Of a stretch of 17,277 nt of DNA, positions 16,417 through 17,277 are shown piece by piece. Origin of the DNA: Thermotogota bacterium (GTDB lineage Bacteria > Thermotogota > Thermotogae > Petrotogales > Kosmotogaceae). The stretch covers positions 1 through 17,277 of the forward strand of contig JAYEJL010000046.1 in the NCBI GenBank assembly GCA_034660555.1, in the 5' to 3' direction. The position numbers and the translations under genes are program-made. Under the pieces are notes generated by a model. It ran no database searches. It worked only from the letters and a program-made list of their open reading frames with translations, and had not been told where the DNA came from. How positions within the stretch are numbered: the first letter of the stretch is position 1; each line of letters opens with the position of its first letter.

Positions 16417-17277
16417 ATGCGAAAATTTGTAATCATAGGTCTCGACTGCGCCGATCCAAAATTAATATTTGGAGAATTCTGGGATGAATTACCAAATATA
16501 AGAAAATTGGCTCAAAGCGGAAGTTATGGAAAACTTGAATCAACAATCCCACCCATAACAGTTCCTGCATGGATGTCAATGGTAACGGGTAAAGATCCCG
16601 GAACTCTTGGTTTTTATGGATTTAGAAACAGAAAAGATTACTCATATAATTCCATTACCTTTGCCAATTCAAAAAAAGTAAAATACGAAACAATCTGGGA
16701 AACTCTAGGTAAAAAGGGATACAAATCCATTGCGCTTGGTGTTCCCCTTACATATCCACCAAAACCAATAAATGGATATCTGGTTACCAGTTTTCTTACA
16801 CCAAGTACAAAATTTAACTATACCTACCCAAAAGAACTAAAAAATGAAATAGAGGAATGGGTAGGCAAATATATGCTGGATGTAGAAAATTTCAGAACAG
16901 AGAACAAACAGAGAATAATAGACGAAGTCTACGAAATGACAGATAAACGATTTGAAGTGGCAAAACATCTGGTAACAGAAAAAGAATGGGATTTCTTCAT
17001 GATGGTTGAGATGGGACCTGACAGAATGCATCATGCCTTCTGGGCACATCACGATCCAACACATTTCAAACATGATCCAGACAGTCCATTCAAGAACGCA
17101 ATAAAAGACTACTACATATACCTGGATAAAAAGATTGGTGAACTGATAAAACTATTCCCTGAAGATACAACCATAATGCTCAACTCCGACCATGGCATAC
17201 AGAAAATGGTAGGTGGTATAGCCGTTAATGACTGGTTGATAGAGAAAAGATATCTGGTGCTTAAAGAAAAACCTGAA
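16417..17277 (+). CDS. Alkaline phosphatase superfamily protein (type I phosphodiesterase/nucleotide pyrophosphatase), 3' truncated by window
   Basis: Not in ORF track (no stop in window). AGGAGGAGG RBS, ATG at 16417. MRKFVIIGLDCADP, STIPPITVPAWMSMVTGKDPG, GPDRMHHAFW, SDHG. Confidence 0.92.
   Translation, partial: MRKFVIIGLDCADPKLIFGEFWDELPNIRKLAQSGSYGKLESTIPPITVPAWMSMVTGKDPGTLGFYGFRNRKDYSYNSITFANSKKVKYETIWETLGKKGYKSIALGVPLTYPPKPINGYLVTSFLTPSTKFNYTYPKELKNEIEEWVGKYMLDVENFRTENKQRIIDEVYEMTDKRFEVAKHLVTEKEWDFFMMVEMGPDRMHHAFWAHHDPTHFKHDPDSPFKNAIKDYYIYLDKKIGELIKLFPEDTTIMLNSDHGIQKMVGGIAVNDWLIEKRYLVLKEKPE

Noticed and set aside
16837..17073. 78-aa minus-strand ORF
   Set aside because: Antisense to the phosphodiesterase gene.

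Overview
AT-rich bacterial window. Gene content and repeat style suggest Thermotogota (inference only). The left half (1-8.8 kb) is ordinary. It holds a truncated P-loop gene, a SagB/ThcOx-type nitroreductase, a membrane PH-domain protein and a six-gene sugar operon: ROK regulator, Gfo/Idh/MocA dehydrogenase, xylose-isomerase-like TIM barrel and a ribose-type ABC transporter. The right half is accessory and partly decayed: a DUF3795 Cys-rich protein, a multiply broken MATE pseudogene, a SatD + DUF3307 pair, a putative di-heme membrane protein, a broken GT-B glycosyltransferase, about 0.8 kb of nested short repeats, and the 5' part of an alkaline-phosphatase-superfamily gene. The strongest leads are: (1) the SatD (cyclase-like + HTH)/DUF3307 pair separated by three palindromes at an exact 29-bp period; (2) the interlocking repeat mosaic at 15.6-16.4 kb; (3) a near-consensus promoter directly abutting a terminator, predicting a ~27-nt hairpin RNA. 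All family calls come from motif recognition, not database searches.
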